DNA of 64,000 nucleotides, from IMG/VR virus record IMGVR_UViG_3300023179_000009, positions 124,001 to 188,000 of that record. The stretch is one strand, 5' to 3'. Of this stretch, positions 46,598 to 55,977 are shown in pieces. A model generated the notes under the pieces. It ran no database searches and had not been told where the DNA came from. It saw nothing but the letters and a program-made list of their open reading frames with translations. A program made the translations under genes and the position numbers. Positions within the stretch are counted from its first letter, which is position 1. Each line of letters begins with the position of its first letter.

Positions 46598-46668
46598 GCG
46601 GGTGTGGTGTAGTAGTAACACGAAAGTCTTCCAAACTTTAGATTTCGGAGCATAACCGAATACCCGCT
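46598..46668 (+). tRNA. tRNA-Gly(UCC) with non-canonical D/T loops
   Basis: GCGGGTG/TACCCGC acceptor, AAAGT-CTTCCAA-ACTTT anticodon arm, D loop AGTAGTA, T arm TTCGG-AGCATAA-CCGAA. Confidence 0.85.
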
Positions 46669-46686
46669 CTTTGGAGTTAATTAATA

Positions 46687-47517
46687 TTGATTAAAATCGA
46701 TAAATTTGTTTATTGTGTTGCTAATGGAGGTTTAAACGATGTTTTAAATCAAATAATTTTGTGTTATGAATATTGCAAAAAACACAAAAGGCTATTAGTT
46801 GTCAATTGTGGCCACTCAAAAGTAAAAGAAGATATTGATAATTTTTTTGAATTTAAAAAAAACAAATTTATTTACAAAAAAGATTTAGATACATTCTTTA
46901 AAATTTCCGAAAAATTAACCAAATTTCCCGATTATAAAATTGATGAAAAATTGAAAAAAGAAATTTTTTTTGATATAAAAAAAAAATATAATGAAGATAT
47001 TTTAATATTTTCTTTTTCTTCTTTTAAAAGACATTACTTTACTCACTCCAATGATTTTTTTAAAAATTTTGAATTAAAAGAAGAAATTCTAAATGAACTA
47101 AAAAATAGACTTCTAAAACTTCCAAAAGATTATATATCGGTACACATAAGAGACACAGATTTAGAATCTGATGTTTTTTCTTTTTTAAACAACAATATAA
47201 ATAATTTTATTGATAAAAACATATTTCTATCATCAGATAATTTTGACACTATAGAATTTTTTAAAAATAGTGTAAAAGCAAAAATTTTTACATTTTCAAA
47301 CATTCCTAAATTAGACAAACAAAAATCCAAGATGGGTCTTCATAGATTAAATTTTTTAAATAAAAGACAGATCATAACAGATAGCATCCTGGATTTAATA
47401 CTTTTATCTTTGGGAAAGCAACTATACTGTTCTTGCCATCACTCAGGTTTTTCAAGAAACGCCGCCGTTATGATGAAAGATAAAAATTTTACATCCAAAT
47501 TCAGTAACCTAGAATAG
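46687..47517 (+). CDS. Fucosyltransferase-like glycosyltransferase (NodZ/GT11-like)
   Basis: NGGLNDVL, YISVHIRDTD, IFLSSDN, DLILLS, SGFS. Confidence 0.65.
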   Translation: MIKIDKFVYCVANGGLNDVLNQIILCYEYCKKHKRLLVVNCGHSKVKEDIDNFFEFKKNKFIYKKDLDTFFKISEKLTKFPDYKIDEKLKKEIFFDIKKKYNEDILIFSFSSFKRHYFTHSNDFFKNFELKEEILNELKNRLLKLPKDYISVHIRDTDLESDVFSFLNNNINNFIDKNIFLSSDNFDTIEFFKNSVKAKIFTFSNIPKLDKQKSKMGLHRLNFLNKRQIITDSILDLILLSLGKQLYCSCHHSGFSRNAAVMMKDKNFTSKFSNLE

Positions 47518-47785
47518 AAAAAACATCGGCAGGTAGTATTTTCTTAATATGCTCTAAATTATTTTTTGTCATATCTTGTTCCCGACATTATTATTTCATA
47601 AGGATGACGAATAATAGACAAACTTTTTCTTTCTTTTAAATCTTCTTGCTTTAAAGAATGAAAATTATTTGTGAATTGAATTTCATAACCAGTTTCTTCA
47701 CAACACTTTTCAAAAATACTCTTAACCAAACAGGTTCCAGTTTTGTGATAACTTCAACAATTGGGCATTTTTCGATTTTAATCAT
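47501..47785 (-). pseudogene. Sulfotransferase remnant (frameshifted, internally deleted)
   Basis: MIKIEKCPIV then a frame change to SYHKTGT...IIRHPYEIIMSG (PAPS-binding-like motifs), a stop, then an out-of-frame tail ending ILGY. Confidence 0.55.
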
Positions 47786-47788
47786 AAT

Positions 47789-48190
47789 TTAATAGTAATG
47801 CGACAAATTCATAAAGTTTGTTGGGTGACCTGTTGGTCTTATCCCCACATCGCTTTCATAAAGTCCGGTATTGTGACCAGTTGGTCGTATGCCTTTTTGT
47901 TTTTCTCCTACCACATTAAAGTTTTTTATTTGTTCTTTGTTTGAAAAATTTTTCAACACTTGTTTTTGATTTAAAATTTCTTTTATTTGTTTTTGTTGTT
48001 GTTTTAAAGGTAAAACTTGATTGTGATAAATCGGAGGAGAGAAAGGATCAGGAACCCCAGATAAGGCGATGAAAGGGCTTACGACTGGCCTCCTGTAGAT
48101 ATCCGAAAATGGAGGCAATCCTGGTGATTGAGCAAAAATTTTTGTTTCAAATATGAAAAAAATCAAAAATATTTTCGCTATTTTTTTCAT
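47789..48190 (-). CDS. Secreted protein resembling planctomycete-specific proteins; GIRPTGH repeated twice
   Basis: Signal peptide; RRPVVSPF...; C-terminal TGHPTNFMNLSHYY. Confidence 0.6.
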   Translation of the reverse strand: MKKIAKIFLIFFIFETKIFAQSPGLPPFSDIYRRPVVSPFIALSGVPDPFSPPIYHNQVLPLKQQQKQIKEILNQKQVLKNFSNKEQIKNFNVVGEKQKGIRPTGHNTGLYESDVGIRPTGHPTNFMNLSHYY

Positions 48191-48251
48191 GCGTCAATCC
48201 TTTGACTTAAGTTTAAATTTATTTATAATTATTAAAATCAAAGAGGATTTT

Positions 48252-48461
48252 ATGTGGTGCTTAGAAACAATTATTGAATTAAATCAAAAAGCTATGGAGG
48301 CTTATATAGATGGTCGTCATTTGGCGGAGGCATACAAAGACGTAGGTATAAATTCAGATATTCAGAATTCAAATTATATTTTTGATGAAAGTGAATTAAA
48401 TGAAATTGCTTATAGTTTGAAAGGAGATCAAGCTAATGTTACTTCAAGCCGATGGATTTGA
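48252..48461 (+). CDS. Hypothetical protein
   Basis: ATG 48252 with GAGGA RBS (track ORF begins further upstream). Confidence 0.6.
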   Translation: MWCLETIIELNQKAMEAYIDGRHLAEAYKDVGINSDIQNSNYIFDESELNEIAYSLKGDQANVTSSRWI

Positions 48462-48699
48462 AGATGCTCTTCTCGGCATCGGAACCAAAAAAGGATCGGA
48501 AGATTCTTTGGTCTATGATTATGATAAATGTGTAGAAATATTAATCGAGCGAGAAGGCATGTCGCACGAAGAAGCAATTGAGTGGATGGAATTTAATGTT
48601 GTAGACGCTTATGTTGGCCCGACTACCCCAATATTCGTTCACACGGACCCAGAATATACAATTCAATATATTCAATCTAATAGTGACGACATTGCCTAG
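48436..48699 (+). CDS. Conserved phage-type hypothetical protein
   Basis: ADGFEDALLG...VYDYDKCVEIL...GMSHEEAIEWMEFNVVDAYVGPTTPIF; 3' end overlaps tRNA-Cys. Confidence 0.75.
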   Translation: MLLQADGFEDALLGIGTKKGSEDSLVYDYDKCVEILIEREGMSHEEAIEWMEFNVVDAYVGPTTPIFVHTDPEYTIQYIQSNSDDIA

Positions 48700-48767
48700 T
48701 GGCGACGGCAACAGTCTGCAAAACTGTCGAGGAAACTCCATCGTGGGTTCGAGTCCCACTGTCGTCT
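48685..48767 (+). tRNA. tRNA-Cys(GCA) with long variable arm
   Basis: GACGACA/TGTCGTC acceptor, U73, ACAGT-CTGCAAA-ACTGT, variable region CGAGGAAACTCCATC, GTGGG-TTCGAGT-CCCAC. Confidence 0.88.
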
Positions 48768-48821
48768 TTTTTTCTAACAAAATCATATATATAATTTCAA
48801 AATTTAACAAGTGAAATTTAT

Positions 48822-49091
48822 ATGAAAACTTTTCAGCAATTTTTAGAAATGCAAACACCCGTTGTTGGCGGCAGTCAACCAATACCAAGCCCTTTATCTT
48901 CATATGATTCAACGGGTGCAAGGTACACACCTGACCAAATGCCAGAAAAATACCAACAATACAAAAAAGACATCATAAGAGTTTGGGATTTTATACAAGC
49001 CCAGTCGGTTTCTTTAAACAAACCAGAACTTCAAAAAATATTCCACGAATTTATCAATTCTCTAAAGTCAGCCGGATTCACCGGTGCTTAG
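48822..49091 (+). CDS. Small protein with CTS-like N-terminus
   Basis: Begins MKTFQQFLEMQ. Confidence 0.7.
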   Translation: MKTFQQFLEMQTPVVGGSQPIPSPLSSYDSTGARYTPDQMPEKYQQYKKDIIRVWDFIQAQSVSLNKPELQKIFHEFINSLKSAGFTGA

Positions 49092-49172
49092 TTTTTTTGC
49101 AAAAAAAAATTGAATTTGTTGACCAGACTGCTTACTTGTTTTAGAATACAAACTCAACCCAGGGGGCAAGGC

Positions 49173-49376
49173 ATGAACAATTTGCAAAAATTGAGAAATC
49201 AAATGGCCGAATGTGGCTATGAATGCACGATTGAAGAAACAAAGGGCTTGTTTAAAATAGCAAAAAGACTTAAATCTATGGCAAAAATTTCTAACGAAGA
49301 ATTGGCCGTTATTTTGGATTTAGAAAATCCTCAACAACGACATATTTTTAACACAATTCAAACGATGAAAAGGTGA
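49173..49376 (+). CDS. Hypothetical protein
   Basis: ATG 49173 after AGGGGG. Confidence 0.55.
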   Translation: MNNLQKLRNQMAECGYECTIEETKGLFKIAKRLKSMAKISNEELAVILDLENPQQRHIFNTIQTMKR

Positions 49377-49380
49377 TTTT

Positions 49381-50022
49381 GTGACCAAAAAATGGAAATT
49401 TTTAATTCTAATCGCTATTTTTTTATTTGTTTTTGCTTTTTCAAGTTTTAATATTTTTTTGGAAAAACACACCTTTAACGTTAACCAACAAAACGAATAT
49501 GTTTTAGATTGTGAGTTTGAAAAAGTTAAAAAAATTTTAGTAAGAATTGATGTTCTTGAAGAAATCATATCTTATGAGCAAGGCCGGTTATTAGATAAAA
49601 AATGGAATAAGTTAGTATTCTCATCTAACCGTCCTTTGATAGACGGCGTAGACATAGATGCTCGCTGTGAGTTTTTAGTTTTAAAAAATGACCACTATTT
49701 GGGTGATTTAAAATTAAGATTTAAACAAGATACGCATATTGATAAGTCTAAAATAATATCCCGCACAGAGTTAATGGAACCTGTTGGTTTTATGAAAAAA
49801 CTACAGACTGAGATGCTTGTTTCAAAAAAAGAAAAACAAACTCAATTTTTTGTAAAAAATTACATAGAGTACGAAAGAACCGTACCCAAAAAAATGGTAA
49901 AAGAAATTTATAACAATATTGAAAATTCTCTTAAAACTATGCTGGACAACAATCAAAAAGTAATCACAGATTTGGTTTCCAAATACTCTAACAAATCTTT
50001 TATCATATCAACTGAAAAATGA
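49381..50022 (+). CDS. Membrane-anchored hypothetical protein (possibly START/SRPBCC-like)
   Basis: N-terminal TM; the alpha/beta pattern is only suggestive. Confidence 0.55.
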   Translation: MTKKWKFLILIAIFLFVFAFSSFNIFLEKHTFNVNQQNEYVLDCEFEKVKKILVRIDVLEEIISYEQGRLLDKKWNKLVFSSNRPLIDGVDIDARCEFLVLKNDHYLGDLKLRFKQDTHIDKSKIISRTELMEPVGFMKKLQTEMLVSKKEKQTQFFVKNYIEYERTVPKKMVKEIYNNIENSLKTMLDNNQKVITDLVSKYSNKSFIISTEK

Positions 50023-50618
50023 ACGGCGAAGAAGTCAATTTATTGATGACCCCAGAGTCTCGTGCTTCTTTGGATGAAAACAAATCCAAGGAGCAATTGT
50101 TGGTAAAACTTCATGTTTTCGATGTTGCTTTTCATAATTTCGAAGCACTCCAGGTGGCTTCGGGGGATATAATCGAAGGAGACAATTTTGCTTTTGTTCC
50201 CTTTCCTTGTGGTGCATTTGCCGATTTGTTGATCGAGGCTTTTTTTGTTTTAGGACAAGACCGTTCAAAAAAATTTTTAGATGTTGGTTGTGGGATTGGC
50301 ACAAAGGTGGTTTTGGCTTGTTCTTTTTTTGATGCTTATGGGATTGATTATGATCAAAAATATGTAGATAAAGCCCACCAAATAGGAATAAATCGTGTTG
50401 GATTTTGCGATGCTTTAAAATTTGATAAATATAAAAATTATGATTTAATATATTACTATAGACCAATATTTAACCCCGAAATTTATTTTAATTTTGAATC
50501 TTTAGTTCACAAAAGTATGAAGAAAGGAAGTTTAGTTGCTCCAATGTTCACAAATTATCCTTGGGATAAACAAGAAGACATGGAAAGATTAACTAAATTT
50601 TTATATAGAAAAAAATGA
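50019..50618 (+). CDS. Class I SAM-dependent methyltransferase
   Basis: FLDVGCGIG motif I, AYGIDYD, CDAL, YDLIYYYRP. Confidence 0.8.
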   Translation: MNGEEVNLLMTPESRASLDENKSKEQLLVKLHVFDVAFHNFEALQVASGDIIEGDNFAFVPFPCGAFADLLIEAFFVLGQDRSKKFLDVGCGIGTKVVLACSFFDAYGIDYDQKYVDKAHQIGINRVGFCDALKFDKYKNYDLIYYYRPIFNPEIYFNFESLVHKSMKKGSLVAPMFTNYPWDKQEDMERLTKFLYRKK

Positions 50619-51001
50619 CAAAACAAGTAATTGTTATGAGGTGCAAATACCCTGACGGCAAAGGCGGCACCACCGGGTTGAGAAAAGGCAAAATGATTGC
50701 CCAAGCGTGCCATGCTTCAATGGCATTTATTACAAGAAGATTAGATAAAAATGAACCAATTACACAAGTTCAAAAAGATTGGCTTGATAATAGTTTCACT
50801 AAAATATGTGTTGGCGTAGATACAGAACAAGAATTATTAGACGTTGCCGAAAAAGCAAAAAAAATGAATGTAGAATGTCATGTAATAACCGACAATGGCA
50901 AGACAGAGTTTGGCGGCATTCCAACAAAAACGTGCTTAGCCCTCGGACCAGACCTGTCTGAAAAAATAGATGAAGTAACTGGCGATTTGAAACTATTATA
51001 A
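50615..51001 (+). CDS. pth2: Peptidyl-tRNA hydrolase, Pth2 (archaeal/eukaryotic-type)
   Basis: KQVIVMR, GKMIAQACHAS, KICV, ITDNGKTE, TCLALGP, IDEVTGDLKLL. Confidence 0.92.
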   Translation: MTKQVIVMRCKYPDGKGGTTGLRKGKMIAQACHASMAFITRRLDKNEPITQVQKDWLDNSFTKICVGVDTEQELLDVAEKAKKMNVECHVITDNGKTEFGGIPTKTCLALGPDLSEKIDEVTGDLKLL

Positions 51002-51004
51002 TTC

Positions 51005-53236
51005 ATGTCTCCGCAGAACAAGAGTTGGGTAAATTTCGCCGGCCAGTCTATAGCAAAATTACTAAATGAAGATTTTGATCTCTCTGTTTTTTTGGATCAA
51101 TTTAGAAAGTGTTCTAAAAATTTAAAAATAGAGTTGGAGGATTCGTTTATAAAAGCAATTTTGCTCAAGCCCGACAAACCTTGGCCCTATTTTTTTTTGG
51201 CAGAGATAGCCGATAGTGTAGATGATAAATTATATCTTTATCGTGAATCGCTCAAGATCACCAAGACAGACTATGCCAAAAAAATGATAGAGAGTCTGTC
51301 TGATCTGAATTTTGTTAATTTGCCAAATAAAGATATAAGTTATGAGAAATTTCCTTTATGCAAGAACGTTTTATATTTTTCCCCAGAGGCACCAGATTTT
51401 GATTGCAGCAGCGGCGGTAATAGACTTTATGAAATTTTAAAAATACTAGCAGAGTCTGATTTTAATGTTTACTTTTTGTGCAATAATTCAAAAAATATTA
51501 AACATATAAATTGTTTAAAAGATTTGAAAATTAATTGTTTTGAGGCGGATTTTTCTAAAAGAATTTTCATTCAAGATTATATTAAACAATTTAAGGAAGA
51601 AGGTTTAGTTTTTGAAGTTGCTATTTTTTCTTGGTACGATTCGGCTCATCAATACTTTGATTTTGCAAAAGAACAATACCCTGACATAAAAACAATAATA
51701 GACACTGTTGATGTCCACTGGAAAAGAGAATTTAGAGGATTTGAAAAAGGATTTTTTCAACAAAAGCAGGTTATTGAAAGAAAAAATATTGAAATTGAGG
51801 TCTATTCCAAAGCAGATGTGTTGTTGGCTGTGACTCAAGAAGATAGTTTAGAATTAAAAAAAGAACTAGGAGAAGACGCCAATGTTAAGATATTATCTAA
51901 TATTCACAAATTAAAAAACAATGAAAAACTTGGGCAAGACATTGTTTTTATAGGTAATTATAATCACACTCCCAATGTTGATGCAGTAATTGATTGTATC
52001 GATATATTTCAACAATTCTCTAACACAGATTTTTATAAAAATCTTTCTTATAAACCCAAACTAAGAATAGCTGGTCCAAACTTAGAATTTGGTATTTTAG
52101 AAAAAGCACAAAATATTGAAGATATTGTGGTTGAAGGACACGTTCACAACTTAAATGATTTTTATAAAAATGCAAAAGTTCTAATGGCTCCTATAAATTG
52201 GGGAGCAGGAATTAAAGGAAAAATTTGCGACTCATGCATCAGAGGAGTTCCAGCTATAACCACGGATATTGGCAACGAAGGAATAAATTTAATAGATAAT
52301 GAAAGTGGTTTTGTTGCCAATACGAAAGATGAGTTTTTAGAAAAATTAAAAAATGTTTATTTAATGCCCTTAGATCAACTAAAAACAATAGCTAAAAATG
52401 GACAAAATTTAATTGATTCTTTAGTTTCTCCAAGTAAAGCCAAAAATGTTCTTGTGTCTAATCTAATCCCAAAAAACATAATAATAAGCATTGTTATGTT
52501 TAACAAATTAGACATAATAAAAAATTGTTTAAATTCAATACTAAAAAAAACACAATACTCAAATTATAAAATAGCACTGACCGACAATACCCTTAATCCA
52601 GATGTAGAGAATTATGTTTTGGATATTCAAAAATTACATAAAGAAAAAATAGTATATTTTAAAAATCAATCAAATGATTATTTTGTAGAATCTAATAACA
52701 AAATATTTAATCACCCAGATTTTATCTCATCAGATGTAGTTTTGATAAATGACGATATAGAAATAGTAAGTGAATGTTGGTTATCCTACCTGTACTCAGC
52801 CGCCTATTCCGAATACGATATTTGTGCTGTTGGGGGTAAGATACTCCACCCTGATAATAAAGTCGCTGAGTGCGGTTCCGAACTAAACAATCAAGGTTTT
52901 GGTGGCCACCATGGTTATGGGTTAGATCCAAATATAGACTTTTTAAATAAACGGAGATACGTAGGATATTGTTCTGGTTGTTTGTTGTACATGAGAAGAG
53001 ATGCTTTGGATATATTTGGCGTTTTCGATAAAGATTTTGCTCCTATGTACTTTGAAGATAGTGAGTGGCAATACCGGTGTCACATTGGAGGATACAAGAC
53101 AATTTATGAACCGAAGTGTGTGGCCATCCACCATGAAGAAAAGCAAGAAAATAAACCCATGAAGAAACATCAAGAAACAAACAGAAATAAATTTTTAGAA
53201 AAATATAAAGATATAGATATAGAAAAATATAATTAA
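51005..53236 (+). CDS. Bifunctional GT4 + GT2 glycosyltransferase
   Basis: SGGNRL, FIGNYNHTPNVDA, GAGIKGKI (GT4); LINDDIE, SGCLL, YFEDSEW (GT2). Confidence 0.88.
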   Translation: MSPQNKSWVNFAGQSIAKLLNEDFDLSVFLDQFRKCSKNLKIELEDSFIKAILLKPDKPWPYFFLAEIADSVDDKLYLYRESLKITKTDYAKKMIESLSDLNFVNLPNKDISYEKFPLCKNVLYFSPEAPDFDCSSGGNRLYEILKILAESDFNVYFLCNNSKNIKHINCLKDLKINCFEADFSKRIFIQDYIKQFKEEGLVFEVAIFSWYDSAHQYFDFAKEQYPDIKTIIDTVDVHWKREFRGFEKGFFQQKQVIERKNIEIEVYSKADVLLAVTQEDSLELKKELGEDANVKILSNIHKLKNNEKLGQDIVFIGNYNHTPNVDAVIDCIDIFQQFSNTDFYKNLSYKPKLRIAGPNLEFGILEKAQNIEDIVVEGHVHNLNDFYKNAKVLMAPINWGAGIKGKICDSCIRGVPAITTDIGNEGINLIDNESGFVANTKDEFLEKLKNVYLMPLDQLKTIAKNGQNLIDSLVSPSKAKNVLVSNLIPKNIIISIVMFNKLDIIKNCLNSILKKTQYSNYKIALTDNTLNPDVENYVLDIQKLHKEKIVYFKNQSNDYFVESNNKIFNHPDFISSDVVLINDDIEIVSECWLSYLYSAAYSEYDICAVGGKILHPDNKVAECGSELNNQGFGGHHGYGLDPNIDFLNKRRYVGYCSGCLLYMRRDALDIFGVFDKDFAPMYFEDSEWQYRCHIGGYKTIYEPKCVAIHHEEKQENKPMKKHQETNRNKFLEKYKDIDIEKYN

Positions 53237-53237
53237 T

Positions 53238-54518
53238 ATGAAATCTTGTATATTAACAACATTTTACAATCCAACAAAATCAAAGAATAAAATAAAAAAT
53301 TTTCATTCTTTTTATAATTCTTTAAAAAAACAAAAACTCAACGATTTGCTTTATGTTTGCGAAATTTCTCATGATGGACAATTTGAAATAAGTGATATAG
53401 ACAATTACTATCAAATAACCAACCCAGATTTTTTGTGGCACAAAGAATCAGCTATCAATTATCTTTTAACTAAAGTTAAAAATGATTTTGATGGAATAAT
53501 TTTAGCTGATTGTGATATAAAAATAGATAATAATAATTGGTATGATAAAACAAATTTTTTTTTAAATGATTATATTTGTTTGCAACCTTTTGAAAAAATA
53601 AATTACTTAAATTGGGACAAATCATTTGTAGAATACACAGATAGTTCTATTTTTAATTTTTTGAGTTCAAGTTCTATTGTTGATCGTGGTAATCCCGGCA
53701 CTCTAATAGCTTATAGAAGAGACTACTTAGAAACTGTCGGAGGTTTGTTTTCTAAATGTTTAATTGGGGGCGGAGACACCATTAACATAATTCCATTGTG
53801 TTATGATAAATTTTTTCAATTAAAATTTCTTGATAGAGTTTGTAAAGATATTAGATTTGAAATATTTGATTATTTTGATAAATGCTTGTTGGCTATTCAA
53901 AAATTAAATAAAAAAAATTATACTTTTTTAGAAAATATTAATATTTTTCATATGTTTCATGGATTAATTAAAAAAAGAAGTTATGAAGAAAGATACAAAA
54001 TAATAAACGATTTGAATTTCAATGATTATTTTTTAATAAATTTTGATGGATTTTTTAACATAATTAAAAATTCAAAAAATTTAAATCATCAAATTTTAGA
54101 TTTTTATAAATCTAGAGATGATGATTTTTTTGTAGAAAAAAATACCCCAATTATTGTTTCAACTTTAAACAAGTTAAAAAAAGAACAAGAAGGATCTTGG
54201 TTGTGTGGTTGTGATAGTTTTTATTTGTCTAATATTAAAAAAATAAAAATTAATTTAAATAAATGTCATTTAAGATTAAATTACTTTGAAGTTTATTTAA
54301 ATAATCAAAAATTTCTTTTTGATTTTAATAATCAAAAAGAAATAGAACTAGAATTTGAAGATCCTAAAACTATACAAATCAAATCCGACAGTTACGTTCC
54401 ATTTTTAATAAAAGAAAGTGAAGATATAAGAAATCTTTCTTTTCTTATAAAAGATATAAAAATACAAACTAGAAAAGATAACTCATACATAAATTATCCA
54501 TTGGAAGAAATTTTTTGA
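53238..54518 (+). CDS. GT-A glycosyltransferase-like protein with C-terminal beta domain
   Basis: LWHKESAIN, LADCDI, CLQPF, IGGGD, HMFHG. Confidence 0.65.
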   Translation: MKSCILTTFYNPTKSKNKIKNFHSFYNSLKKQKLNDLLYVCEISHDGQFEISDIDNYYQITNPDFLWHKESAINYLLTKVKNDFDGIILADCDIKIDNNNWYDKTNFFLNDYICLQPFEKINYLNWDKSFVEYTDSSIFNFLSSSSIVDRGNPGTLIAYRRDYLETVGGLFSKCLIGGGDTINIIPLCYDKFFQLKFLDRVCKDIRFEIFDYFDKCLLAIQKLNKKNYTFLENINIFHMFHGLIKKRSYEERYKIINDLNFNDYFLINFDGFFNIIKNSKNLNHQILDFYKSRDDDFFVEKNTPIIVSTLNKLKKEQEGSWLCGCDSFYLSNIKKIKINLNKCHLRLNYFEVYLNNQKFLFDFNNQKEIELEFEDPKTIQIKSDSYVPFLIKESEDIRNLSFLIKDIKIQTRKDNSYINYPLEEIF

Positions 54519-54521
54519 AAA

Positions 54522-55769
54522 ATGATTGGTAAATTAATATACGAAGCGGAGAAATTCTTAGACTCAACAGAAACTGGCCCCGAGTTAGTTGAAAAATATG
54601 CATCCACTATATGCACAGATTTACTTTTCTTGAATGAAAAATTAGTTCGCTCTATCGTTGACAAAATGAAACAAAATGTTATAGATTTTGCTGTAAAAAA
54701 TAGTAAATTGTATTTTAATTTTGATAATAGTAAAATTTACACAAGAGAAGATTTAAAGTTTAATGTAAATTGGCTTGTGCCACAATTAAAAAATGAAGTT
54801 GCAAATTTTAATACCAGCGGTAGCACATCGGGCAAACAATTTTTTTATTATGTTTGGAAAAAATATATTGATTTTATTGAAGACAAAAATCAATACGGTA
54901 TGATACTAGATGAATACGAAATAAATAGATCTATTGATAATAAATTGAATATTTTAATTCTAATCAACCTGCATTATAATCCAAAATTTAAAGATTTTTA
55001 TATTCAAGACGATAGTGGTCATCCTTACACCATGCATACTCATCAATCTTTGAAAAGCAATAGATTCTTTGTTAATTTTGAAAATTACTCGCATGAACCA
55101 GAGGAGTGGCACAGAAATTTATTTCAATTATTTGACACATTTAATTTTGACGTAATATTAATAAGTTCACCAATTTTACACAACATGGTTTACTATATTA
55201 AAAATTTTAATTATAAGAAAAAATTGTCAAAATTAATTAGCCAAACTGGGCAGTTTTTAATAGAAAGTGATAAAAATTTTTTATTGTCCAATAATTTTGT
55301 TGAAAATTTTTGCGATCATATGCGATGTTGGGACGGTGGCGCTACTTTTTTTAATTGCAAACATGGCAACTATCATTTAATGGACAATCTTAGCTTTGTT
55401 GAAAGTTTTGATAAAAAAATGATTTCAACCGATTATTTTTCTTTACCTTCTCCATTTATAAATTATTGGAATGGAGATCTTTGTCTGGTTTCAGACGATT
55501 ATAAAAGATGTGATTGTGGAAGATTATTTAGAGAATTTAAAATGTTAGAAAATAGACCTTTTGCATTAAAAGGCACCGAAAAGCTTACAAACATAAAAAA
55601 ACAAATAAGTAAATTAGATTTTAAATCTCAAATTAAACAAGTTCAGTTTGAAAATTTTAATGCTAAAATACATGTATCCAAAGATATGGATTGTGAACAA
55701 ATAAAATTATTAGAAGAAATATTAAAAGATTATAAAATAAACATTTATAAAATGGACTCAGAACAATGA
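54522..55769 (+). CDS. Phenylacetate-CoA-ligase/CapK-like adenylate-forming enzyme
   Basis: P-loop NTSGSTSG, QTGQ, STDYFSLPSPFINYWNGD, CDCGR. Confidence 0.7.
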   Translation: MIGKLIYEAEKFLDSTETGPELVEKYASTICTDLLFLNEKLVRSIVDKMKQNVIDFAVKNSKLYFNFDNSKIYTREDLKFNVNWLVPQLKNEVANFNTSGSTSGKQFFYYVWKKYIDFIEDKNQYGMILDEYEINRSIDNKLNILILINLHYNPKFKDFYIQDDSGHPYTMHTHQSLKSNRFFVNFENYSHEPEEWHRNLFQLFDTFNFDVILISSPILHNMVYYIKNFNYKKKLSKLISQTGQFLIESDKNFLLSNNFVENFCDHMRCWDGGATFFNCKHGNYHLMDNLSFVESFDKKMISTDYFSLPSPFINYWNGDLCLVSDDYKRCDCGRLFREFKMLENRPFALKGTEKLTNIKKQISKLDFKSQIKQVQFENFNAKIHVSKDMDCEQIKLLEEILKDYKINIYKMDSEQ

Positions 55770-55945
55770 CAGACTATGAAAGCAATGATGATTATTTTGA
55801 TCAAGACGGTCCTATATACAGTATTTTAGAAGACAAAGGTTGCTGTTGTCCCGATGAAACCGGCGACCGCTGCGGAAGTGACTGTTGTTGTTGCGGACTT
55901 GGCTTTGCCCCAATCGGCCCAGGTTGTGCATGTGCGCCAGCTTAA
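55766..55945 (+). CDS. 59-aa acidic-leader, Cys-rich peptide (not in ORF track)
   Basis: MTDYESNDDYFDQDGPIYSILEDKGCCCPDETGDRCGSDCCCCGLGFAPIGPGCACAPA; ATGA overlap with the upstream stop; fills an otherwise empty gap. Confidence 0.75.
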   Translation: MTDYESNDDYFDQDGPIYSILEDKGCCCPDETGDRCGSDCCCCGLGFAPIGPGCACAPA

Positions 55946-55977
55946 AAATTCTTAACAAAAATTGAAAGATTATAAAA

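Noticed and set aside
47754-47768. In-frame TGA (ATG CCC AAT TGT TGA AGT TAT CAC, minus strand) as stop-codon recoding or selenocysteine
   Set aside because: Long genes are intact under the standard code and end in TAA, TAG and TGA; a frameshifted pseudogene explains the site better.
48685-48767. Long-arm tRNA as tRNA-Sec or 8/4 allo-tRNA
   Set aside because: Anticodon is GCA, not UCA, and the fold is a standard 7/5.
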